A stretch of DNA of 63,735 nt, filler included, from Octopus bimaculoides (lineage: Eukaryota), in NCBI RefSeq assembly GCF_001194135.2. It is 6 parts of 5 records of this genome, joined end to end, with 100 filler letters (N's around TTAATTAATTAA, not from the genome) between each part and the next. Parts side by side here need not be neighbours in the genome. Positions count along the whole stretch, not along the records: positions 23,507 to 40,262 come from NC_068986.1; 5 more parts are not named here. The stretch is one strand, 5' to 3'. Below the pieces are notes generated by a model that was given only the letters and a program-made list of their open reading frames with translations, had not been told where the DNA came from and searched no databases. Positions 24,525-37,300 of the stretch are shown piece by piece. Both the position numbers and the translations under genes were made by a program. Every line of letters begins with the position of its first letter. Positions within the stretch are counted from its first letter, which is position 1.

Positions 24525-24741
24525 TGAAGGCATGCTGGAAAGTTCCTGGCTTTAAGGGTATTGCGAAAAGCCTGGTCAGAGGTCTAACCTTCTGAGTTCT
24601 TTTACAGGGCTTAGAAAAACTGAAGGACCACTACAATAAGTGTGTGAATCTGAGAGGAGAATATGTTGAATAAAATCATCATTAACTGATCCTCCTGTAT
24701 TTTCTTTTACTTAAAGTCAGGAACTTTTCAGCACACCTTCA
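24525..24741 (+). mobile_element. Internally deleted mariner (MITE-like, 217 bp) with TIRs and TA TSD
   Basis: TIRs tgaaggcatgctggaaagttcctggctttaag / cttaaagtcaggaacttttcagcacaccttca, TA on both sides; internal GLEKLKDHYNKCVNLRGEYVE-stop is a mariner transposase C-terminus. Confidence 0.9.
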
Positions 24742-24767
24742 TATATCATTTATATCATTTATCTTGT

Positions 24768-25175
24768 ACCTGTTTCAGTCATTGGACTGCAGTCATCCTG
24801 GGACACCACTTTGAAGGGTTATGCTAAACAAATCAGCTTCAATCTTTATTTTCCCTTTTTTAAGTGCAGTACTTATTCTAACGATATCTTTTGCTGGATT
24901 GTTTAGCTACAGAGATGTCAACAAACCGACACTGGTTGACAAGCGATAGGCGAGGATGTGTGTGTGACTAACACAGATACACATGCAAACATGTCTGTCT
25001 GTCTATCTATCCATCCAACCAACCAACCAGTTTCCACAAAGCTAGTGTCTACTATATTCATTCACCCAGCATTGGTTGGCCCAGGGTTGTGGTAGAAGAC
25101 ACTCAGCCAAGTTGTTGTGCAGTGAGATTGAAACCAAAACACATGATTGCAAAGTGAGCTTCTGGAAATAGATAA
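24768..25175 (-). mobile_element. SINE family A, older diverged copy
   Basis: tgtttcagtcattggactgcagtcatcctgg body through attgaaaccaaaacacatgattgcaaag head. Confidence 0.7.
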
Positions 25176-25459
25176 GTAGACAAACCTAATTAGCTCAACA
25201 TGCTCAGTAGGAGATTAATTACCTAAGCTGGAATAGAAATGCACTAACTGAGTGGACGTGATTGTGTTGGACCACCAATTAAAAGGTCTGGAGTTCATAT
25301 TCATTGTTAACTGTTGTTTTCAGACAATATACTTTTATTCTGCACATCTGTTTACATAGCTGTTAATAATTAATATGTTTGAGATAAACGGAATGAATAA
25401 TTGTCTCAGATGAATTGTTATTATGATTATAATTTGGACATCTCAAGAAATGAAACAAA

Positions 25460-25712
25460 TTTAATATTTACAAGTTTGATCTATAGTCTTCATCTTTTTT
25501 GTTATTAACACGTTTTAGCTGATATACCCTCCAGCCTTCATCAGGTGTCTTGGGGGAAATTTCGAACCTGGGTTCTCATTCCTAAGGTATTTTTCAATGT
25601 TGTTGTTGTTGTTGTTGTTGTTATTGTTATTATTATTATTATTATTATCATTATTCAGGTCGCTGCCTGGAGTCGAACTCGGAATCTTGCGTTTAGTAGC
25701 CCACGCTCTTAA
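25460..25712 (-). mobile_element. tRNA-derived SINE family D carrying a degenerate hammerhead ribozyme
   Basis: Minus strand: ttaagagcgtgggctactaaacgcaagattccgagttcgactcc (B box), then (AAT/AAC)n, then gacac-CTGATGA-a-ggctg-gagggtatat-cagct-AAAA-c-gtgtt. Confidence 0.7.
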
Positions 25713-25826
25713 GGCATAGTGTAAATANNNNNNNNNNNNNNNNNNNNNNNNNNNNNNNNNNNNNNNNNNNNNNNNNNNNNNNNNNNNNNNNNNNNNNNNN
25801 NNNNNNNNNNNNNNNNNNNNNNNNNN

Positions 25827-25877
<51 letters not shown>

Positions 25878-27807
25878 AAGGTGTTTTCATCTCTAAAGAT
25901 TGAGGCTGATAATCTGGAAAATTATCATTGTAGTACCCTATCCATCAAAAATGATGTTTGTTTCTGTCTCCTTTCAGTAGTTCGTAATTTTTCTACTTTA
26001 AACTTTACTTGATTTTCTTCATACTTCATTTTGTCTTTTTTTTAACTTCTTTATTTCAAACCTTGCTTCTGTTTCTTCTTATGTCTTTTTTTGTCATTTT
26101 GTAGCACTGCTGTTCTTCTCCAATTCACCTCAAGTATTGTGATCGAAAACTTTACATCTGTTTGATGTGACATTTTCTGTTTTATATTTAAAGATTTGGC
26201 TCCATATTTCTTTTCTCTTATACTTTCACTCTTTTGCCCTTCTTCATTATTCTCAACAACTCACATGCTTCATTATTTATTTTCCTCTCTCTCTCTCTCT
26301 CTCTCTCCCTCTCCTTATATATGTAGATATCTCTTTTCCTCAGTTAACCAAATTCAGTCTCCACCTCTTATTTTCATCTCTCCAAGTCACTCTCCACTTT
26401 TGATATCATTCAAAAATTTCTCATACTCTCCATAATTCCATTATTTCATCACATCACCTCTCTAATTTCCTCTTCTATTGTAAAACTTTATCTTCCTTCC
26501 TCTTCTGTTACTGTATTACTCTATCTCTTCCTCTAACTTTCTTTTATCCCTTTTTATATTTCACTGACTTCTTACCAGACTACTGATCATTTCTCTCTCA
26601 ACCTCCTTCTCACTGTCACCTGTCTGGTAACCTAATTAATTCTTCTCTTTTCATTATTGTCTCTGCCTCACTTTCACCTTTCTCATCATGGCCCTGTTTT
26701 CTCATTTCACACTCTTATAACGTGATAGAAAGTGTTTGAACCCAACAAACAAAAAAGGTAACATGTGACTTGGACATTTTATATCTAAAGACAAACTTAA
26801 TGATTATTACCTAAGAAATTCTGACATCTTGTCAGGAGATGTTCTCACTTTCATTTGCTGTACATCAAGAAACTAGAGCTAAGCACTACTCTTCACAAAC
26901 CTACTGGATTTCACAGGAAATATTTACATATAAATATTGATAAATGGATGTAAGATCCTGGGGCAGGAGGAAAGATTAAAATAAAGTAGAAATTTGGCTC
27001 AAACTTGTAAAACTTTATAAAATTAATTTTTTTAAAGAACTGTGAATACCTCATTTTTTTTTTTTTTAAATTCTACCAAAATACTTTATAAAGTAATTTC
27101 ATTTTTATCTAGTATCTCTATTTTGAGATGTTCAAAACCATTGCCAAACCACATAAGTTAATGGCCAAGTTTTTTAAGCCTAAAAGAAAAAAAAAATCCA
27201 TCGATTTTGATTTTTCTAACATCTGTTTTTTTTTGTTTTTTTTATTCCTACCTGATAAAATGAATTTTCTTGTATGAGAAGAAAGTATTTTATTCCTCTT
27301 GAAGAGATATGCTATGTTCTGTGATCTATCATATAAGATTTGCTTGCAAAATATAATTTATCAAAGAATTAGTCACTGAGCCAAAATTGGTAAGAGGATT
27401 TCAAGCAGTTGACTGTTAAGTGATTTTCAGCTGCAAATAATCTGTTTTATCACAAATGCTTTTAATTTTGAAGCTTATTTATTTATCTATCTATCTTTAT
27501 TTATTTATTTATTTATGTTGTTCATCACTATTTTTCTCATTAAAACAGCTTAAATCTTAGTTTCATGTTAATTATTGTTTGTTTTTTTTTTCTTTTTTAC
27601 CTGTTTTGAAGGAAGCACTTGAAATTTAAACTAGTTTCATTTTCTTCGATTTTTCTTTTTACACAATTTCAATTTGATTCAGATTTTTAAAAAAATGTTA
27701 AAGTAAGTGTGTACATCTGTATGTATGTATATATGTGTAAGTAAATATGTATACTTACATGTGTGTGTGTATGTAGATACATGTGTATGTATGTACATGT
27801 ATATGCA

Positions 27808-27861
<54 letters not shown>

Positions 27862-27966
27862 TATATATTCATGTATGTATGTAACTATATCTATATACAT
27901 ATGTATAATTGTGTGCATGTCACATATGGCTACATATGTATATATGTAGATGTATGCATATGTGTG

Positions 27967-28009
<43 letters not shown>

Positions 28010-28110
28010 ATATGCATGCATGTTATATATCAGATATTCTCAGTTACAAAACTAAAAAGATCACTGTTGCATACTCAAACTTCAAATACAAATATATATA
28101 TAAATTTTAT

Positions 28111-28199
<89 letters not shown>

Positions 28200-28669
28200 A
28201 TGTAGGTGTCTGAAATAAATAACTTTCTCTTACCTTTAACACCTCTTCTCTCTCATTTTTTTGCAAGTTAACTTTAAAACATCTTTTGTGAGATGTCAGC
28301 ACAAATTTTACAAAAGCATTTTAGTTTCTGTGGCAATTTAGAAACTGAGATTGTCCTTTTAGTAGTGCACTTGACGCCATCATCACCATCATGGAGGTTG
28401 ATGGATTGGCAGAAAGAATCATTAGAGCACCAAAAGAAGTGTCTTGTAATATTTGTTCCAGCTCTTTACATTTTGTGTTTAAAATCCTGTTGAGATTAAC
28501 TCAGCCTTTTATACCCTCTAGGGAGTTGGGGAGGGGTCAATAAAATTTAGTACCAATCATACAGCGAGGTTAATGGTACTGACTAATACCCTCTCTTTAA
28601 AATTACTAGCCTTGTTCCTAAATGAAGTTTTAGGTATCTACATTTGTAAGATGATAGGGTATGGTTTAA

Positions 28670-28840
28670 CTCTTTAGCATTCAAGCCAGCCACATCCAGC
28701 CTCTCATACCTACTCTACCATGCCATTCTAAAAGTAAACTATCACATCATTGAAATCTGAAAGCTATGAGATCATGCATGATTAATTCAAAAAAGTGTGA
28801 ATGAATAAGAATTTGATTGAGTAATTTGAATGCTAAAGGG
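28670..28840. mobile_element. piggyBac-type MITE with TTAA TSD
   Basis: ttaa|ctctttagcattcaa ... ttgaatgctaaaggg|ttaa terminal inverted repeats. Confidence 0.85.
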
Positions 28841-29394
28841 TTAAGATAAATTTGGCTGTTATTTCTAGCAATTCAAGAGACTAACAGAGAGGCTTCTTTG
28901 TAAGCTTTTCTCATATCTAGTGTTTTGGCAGGACTATAACACTGAATGAACCAATTGGAAAAAGTAGAACTAATCCAATAAGCCTTGAACTGCAGATATT
29001 TTTTGCTTGTAAGATATCCAAAGTACCTGCCAATTTTCAGTGAACTTAACAGTTCAATTAGTTAGTCTTTTGAGGCTATACCTAAGTTAAGATTTAAAAT
29101 CTTGAAAGATGTGTAGTTACCGTTTTAAATGAGATAAGTAAATTCGGATGCTAAATTGAGCAGTTCAACCAACTATATTAGAAGCTTCCACACTGGCTGG
29201 CTCACTTTACGTTTGTGTTATTATGAATGAATGTTGTTGGAGAGCTCCGTTTCAGCTCTAATAAGCAAAAGCATATTATGATACAGGAAATATCCCACCC
29301 ATATTTGGCAAGAAGCCACAAAAACACATGAACATGCTTCGTAGGTTCATATGATGTAGTTTGTTTACTTATTCATTTTATTTTGTTTCTTTTA

Positions 29395-29822
29395 TTTGTT
29401 TAGAGTTATTGGACTGCAACCATGCTGGGGCACCATCTTGAAGGATTTTAGTTGAACAAATTGACCCCCAATAGTTATTCTTAAGCCTAGTACTTATCCT
29501 ATCGGTAGTCCCTTCTTATTTCTTTATTATTTCTTTATTGCCTACAAGGGGCTAAACATAGAGGGGACAAACAAGGACATAAACACACCAACACTGTTTG
29601 TCAAGTAGTGAGTGGGGGGAGAGTGTGACAAGCATAGACATAGACACACATACATATGTATATATGATGGGCTTCTTTCAGTTTCTGTCTATCAAATCCA
29701 CTCACAAGGCTTTAGTTGGCCTGAGACTATAGTAGAATACACTTGCCCAAAGTGCAACGCAGTGGAACTGAACCCGGAACCCATGTGGTTGGGAAGTAAA
29801 CTTCTTACCACATAGTCATGCC
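29395..29822 (-). mobile_element. SINE family A with an internal insertion
   Basis: Body ggactgcaaccatgctggggcacc...cctagtacttatcctatcgg, an insert near 29510-29580, then the head to 29820. Confidence 0.78.
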
Positions 29823-29863
<41 letters not shown>

Positions 29864-30359
29864 TTGCATAAGTACATTGGTTATTTTATCAACTTTTGCA
29901 TGATTTAAGCTCAAAACTGAAAACCATTGCTATGATATTTGTTAATGGCATTTTAAAATAATTTAATCAGATTGTATTGTTTAATGAAAGCTGAATATTC
30001 TTGAAATATTAGAGCTTGCAATTTTATCAATTAAGAGATTTAACTTGATTTCATGAGATGCTTGCTTTTAAAACAATTTAAACTGTTTGTATTTTTGTAT
30101 GCAACTTTTAAAATATTCAATTATACATTGATTTATATTTTATTTATATTTAATTAGCCACGAAAAACATTGTTACAAATATTGTGAGTGAAATCTCGAT
30201 AAAAGGATTTGAAATAACATTTGTCTAAAAGACATTTGAGGGACTTTCTTATGTAAGGCATACACTGTTTGGCGTATGTATGTATGTATGTATGTATGTA
30301 CGCAAGAGAAAATGCTGCATGTCTTGCTTTCTCTCTCTCTCTCTCTCTGGAGGTGATTA

Positions 30360-31022
30360 TTCATGGAGGTGATGACAAGTGACCGAGACCTTTGGCAATT
30401 TGCTGTGCTTGAGAAGACATGTTAAGCTAAGTGAAATCATAGTCGTGGTCAGTGCAGGTTACACATAAAAGGCACCTATAACGGTGACACATAAGAGGCA
30501 CCTCTACTGGTAACATGTAAGAGGCACTTGTTCCAGTGACACACAAAAGGCACCTGTGCTGGCAACATGTAAAAATGCACTGGTGCCAGTGACACATAAA
30601 AAGCACCTGTGCTGGTGACACATAAAAGCACTTGTGCCGGTGGCATGTTAAAAAGCACTGGTGCCAGTGACACGTAATAAGCATCAGTGCCAGTGACACA
30701 CAAAAGGCTTCCATGTTGGTGACACACTAAAGGCACCCATGCTAGTGACACATAAAAAACACCAATGCTGATGACACATAAAAGGCTCCCATACTGGCGA
30801 CACGTGAATGGTACTTATGCGTAAATGGCACCCGTGCTGCTGACACGTTAAAGGTGTCCAGTATACTCTGTGGGGTGGTTGACATTAGGAAGAGCATTCA
30901 GCCATAGAAATCAAACCAAAAGCAGACTGGAGCCCAGTGCAGCTCTCTGGCTTACCAGCCCCAACCAAACTGTCTTACCCATGCTAGCATGGAAGCGGAT
31001 GCTAAATGGTGATGATGATGAT
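30360..31022 (+). mobile_element. RTE LINE 3' UTR with an expanded ~25-bp minisatellite
   Basis: About 14 units like gtgccagtgacacataaaaagcacct at 30460-30850; ends (gat)n. Confidence 0.85.
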
Positions 31023-31183
31023 ATGTGCAAACAGGAGTTTTGAATATCAAAGTTACAATTGTATCAACAAGCTTCCAACACATAGCCAAGAAAATAATTA
31101 CAGGAGGTGTTTAAGTATGGCCACAAATAAGAAAGCTGAGAAATGATAAAGAATGTTAAAAAATCTGACTTCATGCAAATTTA

Positions 31184-31403
31184 ATACTCTTTTACTCTTT
31201 TACTTGTTTCAGTCTTTTGACTGTGGCCATGCTGGAGCACCGCCTTTAGTCGAGCAAATCGACCCCAGGACTTATTCTTTGGAAGCCTAGTACTTATTCT
31301 ATCGGTCTCTTTTGCCGAACCGCTAAGTGACGGAGACGTAAACATACCAGCATCGGTTGTCAAGCGATGTTGGAGGGACAAACACACACATATAAACATA
31401 TAA

Positions 31404-31454
<51 letters not shown>

Positions 31455-31606
31455 TACGACAGGCTTCTTTCAGTTTCCGTCTACCAAATCCACTCACAAG
31501 GCTTTGGTCGGCCCGAGGCTATAGTAGAAGACACTTGCCCAAGATGCCACGCAGTGGGACTGAACCCCGGACCATGTGGTTGGTAAGCAAGCTACTTACC
31601 ACACAG
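31184..31606 (-). mobile_element. SINE family A, near full length, young
   Basis: Very high visual identity to the 10931, 34505 and 55005 copies. Confidence 0.92.
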
Positions 31607-32859
31607 GAAATCATGAAGATTCTGTCTATTGTTCAATTGTATTTGGAAACCTGTCATAAATTTGGATGCAATATGAATTTGAAAATATATTTTCTTCATT
31701 TTTCATTTGATTTATTTTCCTTAAAATCTCTTGAAATATCAGTGAAGAGCATGAGAGGTTCCATCAAAATATCAAGGAGGTTTAGAAAAGATATCACATT
31801 TTGGACCGTGTTAGTGATCTGGTTGCAATTAGTGCAACAAAAATTTTGTCTCCAAATAATAAATGTTTAAGTATGCAATGTTTGTGTGTTTTTAAATAGC
31901 TAATGTGTGTCTTCCACAAATTAAATAATGTATTGTAGTGGAAGACACCATACTGTTTATCCTCTCAGTATCTTCACTACCATACATCACATCATGGAGA
32001 CAGATATACAGGTCTTCAATGCTATAAATATCACATCCCTGACACAGAGGTACTATATGGTCACTCAATCTGCTAGAAATAGCAACCAAATCTTCCCTAA
32101 AAAAATAACATATACATGATACATATTATTTCACATATAGCTTGGGACATTCTCTTCATTAGCTGTCAACTAGACATCACAATGATATTGGCACCTTCTA
32201 ACAATACCACCTAGCTGTGATAGTCCTAGCAATTCCTCTAGCAGTGCTGAGCAGCATTGTTCCTATCTGGGACTAAATGGCATTACATTAGCACAGTCTT
32301 TCCATTTGTCATCCATGCAGCCACAACATCAAACTGGGTGCAGCAGTACCCATTCAAACCATTTTACAAATATCATCTTTTACTACTACACAGATAGGAT
32401 TTGGCTTTTACTCTCAGTTTTCATTTTTTTTCTGTGTATGTCATATTTATAGCAAAGCATTTTCTACTTCTTTCTCCAGTTCACAAATAACTTTCTTTGG
32501 TCTTCTATCCTTCCTTGTCCAATGCCAACCATGTTAGACATAGAATGTTGAGGGTTTGTGGTTTGTTTTACTATCTAGTGACACACCATACATTGCTCGC
32601 CTTGTGCCTCTCTCTCTCTCTCTCTCTCTCTCCTTATGATATTTACTTTGTATTATATTATACTTATTTATTGTGCTTAATTTTCTATATGTGACTCTGG
32701 ATTTTCATCGATGAGTTCAAGAACCTTGGTTCTTTTCTCTAAAACTATATATTTATATTTTATACTGTGAAACTTAATTTAATTTTAATTTTTAATGAAT
32801 TGAATTGAATTGAACCTGTAAACTTGGATTTTTATCCCTAATATTATATATATGTATAT

Positions 32860-33120
32860 ATATGTGTGTGTGTGTATGTGTGTGTTTGTGTAAAGGACTT
32901 GTCTGGATATTATAAGATGGTTGTAAATAAGTGATATTTATTTACAGTCTTCTGTAAAAAAAAAAAAAAAGAAAAGAACATGTCTGGCTGTGAGAAATAT
33001 TACGTTACTTAGAAACAGGTGAAGGTTGGCAACAGGAAAAGCATCCGGCCCTAGAAAATCTTCTTTGAGAAAATTTCATCTAACTCTTGCTAGCATGGAA
33101 AAGTAGATGCTGAATGTTGA
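32860..33120 (+). mobile_element. SINE 3' body with RTE-like tail
   Basis: aaacaggtgaaggttggcaacaggaaaagcatccggccctagaaaatc...gctagcatggaaaagtagatg; homologous to 2800-3009 and 37640-37850. Confidence 0.65.
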
Positions 33121-34504
33121 TTGTGTGTGTGTGTTTAGAGATTGATAGTCTTAATTCAAGATTTTATTTTATATTATATTTTCAGCTGATTATTCTATAG
33201 ATGTAGGTGTGTTAGCAATTTGAAATTCTATGGTTCTCTGTATAACTAATTACTGCCACTCTCTCCTTCCAACCAAATACAAAAGTGATATTAACAATGT
33301 TTCTGTTGGTAATGCTTATAATGTTAGGCTAATGTACATACGTAATCTGACTTACGAAAATAAACATCTTATTATCTAAAAATCCAGCTAAAGTCAGTTT
33401 CAGTGTGTTGAATATGAAATATCAGCTTAGAGAATGAAGAGTTTTTTAAGATAAGTGAAGTAAACACTTTTCTGGGAGATTATATGATATATCTAAAAGT
33501 AAAAGTACAGATTTTTTTTAATGTTATTTCTGTTATGAAGCTGTCTTGGCCAAGTCTGCCTGAACAACACCGAGGTGCTGTAGTAGTTGAATGAAAGCAT
33601 TAGAGCAATGGTTTTTGTAAATGGGCTTCTTAGGGGAGGACATTTGTTGTGAAGGCAGACATTCCCGGAGTACATTTTGGGTTTTTTTATCCCCTTCCCA
33701 CCTTTTGAAATTTACAGTTTATCTCTTTTTTTTTTTAAAGTTTTGTATTATTTGTTTAATTTTTTTTTTTCATCTGTATTAAGCATGGTAACTGGTTGAT
33801 GTACTGTTAATGTTTGTGAATAAATTATTTCTTTGGAGCAACCTATTGAGGAGAATAATAAAATGAAAGCCTGGTATATTAATTTGTATTTGGGGGCCTT
33901 AGAGGTTTGAGCACCAACCCTAACAAAAGTCAGCTTCAAACCTAGCTATTAGCATTGTTCTGTGCCTGGAGGCAAGTGGTAATCCTTTTATTCCTTTTGT
34001 AACCACACCCATCACTACTTTCAAAATAACAACAGATAGTGCTTCTCAAATGAAGGAACTATCATTCTATAATACACTAGTTCCTGCAACTTGATAAGTA
34101 TTGCTTGTGTTTATAGCACATCACAGCAAATATGTAGACATCTGTGTAGACATGACATACATAAAACAAGGGAAGGAGAGCAACACACACACACACACAC
34201 ACACACACGTGCACATGCATTCACACAGACGTAGTCTTATAATGGAAGAAATTCAGTGCCAGATGAAAATTTGGCATTGAGTTTTTGGCCCATTACTGGG
34301 TTCACTGATATTTAGTTGGGAATTAAGACACAGCACATGCAATATTTTGAGTGGCTAGTGGTTTATAAATAAAGAAGTAATTTCTAAAATTATCTTTCAA
34401 AAGTCTTGTTTAACATTTCAGTTATCCATCAACAGAATTTTATTGTTAAAAAGAAAAAAAAAAGAAATGTCAGAAGGGCAGGGAAAGACTTTTAAACTTT
34501 ATTA

Positions 34505-34915
34505 TACTCTTTACTCTCACTTTTATTTGTTTCAGTCATTTGACTGTGGCCATGCTGGAGCACCGCCTTTAGTCGAGCAAATCGACCTCAGGACTTATTC
34601 TTTGGAAGCCTAGTACTTATTCTATCGGTCTTTTTTGCCGAACCGCTAAGTTACGGGGATGTAAACACACCAGCATCAGTTGTCAAGTGAAGCTGGGGGG
34701 ACAAATACAGACACACAAACATATACACACACACGCATATATATATACATATATACGACGGGTTTCTTTCAGTTTCCGCCTACCAAATCCACTCACAAGG
34801 CTTTGGTCGGCCTGAGGCTATAGTAGAAGACACTTGCCCAAGGTGCCACGCAGTGAGACTGAACCCGGAACCATGTGGTTGGTAAGCAAGCTACTTACCA
34901 CACAGCCACTCCTAC
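34505..34915 (-). mobile_element. SINE family A, full length, young
   Basis: Complete head (minus-strand start ggagtggctgtgtggtaag) and body. Confidence 0.92.
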
Positions 34916-35714
34916 GCCTATAATAATTATAATAATTATTATCATGCCAGACCAAGTGCTTTACATTCTTAGTTCAAATACTGCCAAGGTTGACTTGCCT
35001 TTCATGAGAACCACTGCCTGGTTATTATTATTATCACACTGGACAAATTGCTTCAGTTCAAATGTTGCTGATGTTAGCTTTGCCTTTCATCAAAAGGATG
35101 TAAAGTTTGATAAAATAGGTACTGGTTGAGCACCAGGGTCAATGTAATTGTCTAGCCACTTTCCCTTAAAACTGCTGGCCTTGTGCTAAAATTTGAATTA
35201 TTATTAATTATTATTATTGATTTGACTTTGGTTCATTCTTATTCTTGTGAAAATTACATGGGTGAAAATTACAGGTTACTATCTGTAACTTAGGGTATTC
35301 ACAAGCTTTCAATAGTCTTTCAAGTGCTTAAAACCTTTCTGATAATATTGCCTGCATCTAGGAGGCAAACTTTCTGTAGAAGCTCTACAGGGCATTCTAT
35401 TCTAATCTCCATCAAATATTTGTCTTACAGCTTTCATATTCCAAATTCTTGCAATTTCAAATTTTACATCCTGTCTTTAAGTCCTCCTGAAGTCATCTTT
35501 GTCTCTCATATTTTGTGGTTGATAAAATAAAGTACAGGAGTCAAAGTAATTATAATTATAAAGGCACCGAGCTGTCATCCTTCCAGGAGTCAATAAAATA
35601 AAATGCCAATCAAGTACTTAGGTTAATGACATCAACTACTTTTCCTCCCACCAAAATTGCTGGGTTTGTGTCTAAATCATTATTATTTATCATTTCAAAA
35701 AAAAAAAAGGCTGA

Positions 35715-35914
35715 TTCATATCTTTTATCTTTTACTTGTTTCAGACATTAGACTGCAGCCACATTGGGATACTGCCTTGAAGAACTTACTATTTTTTAAG
35801 CCTGGTACTTATTCTATCAGTCTCTTTTTACCAAACCACTAAGTTATAGGGATGTAAACACACCACCACCACCACCAGTTGTCAAGCACTATTGGAAAAC
35901 AGACAGATATAAAG

Positions 35915-35948
<34 letters not shown>

Positions 35949-36108
35949 ATATGACGGGCTTCATTCAGTTTTCATCCACAAAATCCACTCACCACGCTTT
36001 GGTTGGCCCAAGGCTGCAGTAGAAGATGCTCGCTGAAAGTGCCATGCAGTGGAACTGAACCCAGAACCATGTGGTTAGTAAGCAAACTTCTTACCACACA
36101 ATTACACC
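35715..36108 (-). mobile_element. SINE family A, diverged
   Basis: Same head-body order as the young copies. Confidence 0.78.
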
Positions 36109-36808
36109 TGTGCTTATATCTTTATTCTATTTTTATGCATTGATAATTACAAACAAACTGACACAATTGTTAGTACACTTTTAGTGTATAATTATATCCC
36201 CATAAATGCACACACACACTCATATACATGTAAGCCTAAACACACACACACACACACACATGTGCAAACATGCCTATGTACATATATATAAGCTTGTATG
36301 TGGAAGTGTGGATGCATGGGGCATACACAAATAATCCATGTGCATTCATATGTGTTTCTAGCTTTCAAGTAGTATATGTATGTGTATCTCGCTGTCTCGG
36401 TTCAAAGCCTTTAGGTATGTATGGCTTTGTAATCTCGGTTACCATACATGCACATACAAATAAATAAACACACTTTCAACACATACAGTTAGTCGCAACC
36501 AAAAGAAACCTATAAGTAAATTATATACCGATAGATTGAGAAAGACAGACAAACAGAATATTAGCCAGGCAATTATTATGGGATTTTATTTCAAAAATAC
36601 ATTTTCAAAGACACTAAAAACGTGTGGGCACTGTAGTGTTCACTGGAAGAGGCTGCTTCAAAGAAAAATTGATATAATATTTGCTTATTTTTGGTTGATT
36701 ATCTTTTTATTGTTGTATGTATATGAAGTGTAGATTATGTACATAAGATACATATGTCTCTCTCTCCTCCTCTCTTTCTCTCTCTCTCTCTCTCTGTATA
36801 CATATATA

Positions 36809-36869
<61 letters not shown>

Positions 36870-37137
36870 ATTACACACACTCATAAGACTTATTTTTAGT
36901 GTTGTATTGTTTGCTAAAAATAAACAGTAATATATTTATTGATAAAATAATGACTAAATAAATATATTTTCTCTGCTTAGATTTGTTTCAAAGTTATTGT
37001 TAGTGACTGAATGTATTCAAAATTGTGTGTGTGTGTCTTTTTCCCCCCATTAATGTTATGCTTGTTGTTGCTTTTCTGTGTATTAGCCTATAAAAATACA
37101 AATTTTAATGTACTAAGTTGTGAACATATATATGTAT

Positions 37138-37300
37138 AGGCATGGCTGTATGGTTGAGAAACTTGCTTCCCAACCATATGTTTTGGGTTTGGACCCATTT
37201 ACAGCACCTTGGGGAAGTGTCCCCTACACTGGCCTTGTGCTGACCAAAGCCTTGTGAGTGTTTTTGTTAGACTGAAGCTTAAAGAATCCTGTCATACATA
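37138..37300 (+). mobile_element. SINE family A, 5' half
   Basis: aggcatggctgtatggttgagaaacttgcttcccaaccatatg...caccttggggaagtg...caaagccttgtgagtg. Confidence 0.72.

Noticed and set aside
30460-30850. Regular short repeats resembling a CRISPR array
   Set aside because: The units are contiguous without unique spacers, lie within an RTE 3' UTR, and the DNA is eukaryotic.
33356-33492. Minus-strand exon-like segment with a strong GTAAGT donor
   Set aside because: All three frames contain stops; at most a non-coding exon, with no evidence.
36536-36733. ORF with a hydrophobic C-terminus as a possible leader exon for the Ig gene
   Set aside because: No phase-1 donor is available, and such stretches are expected in T-rich DNA.
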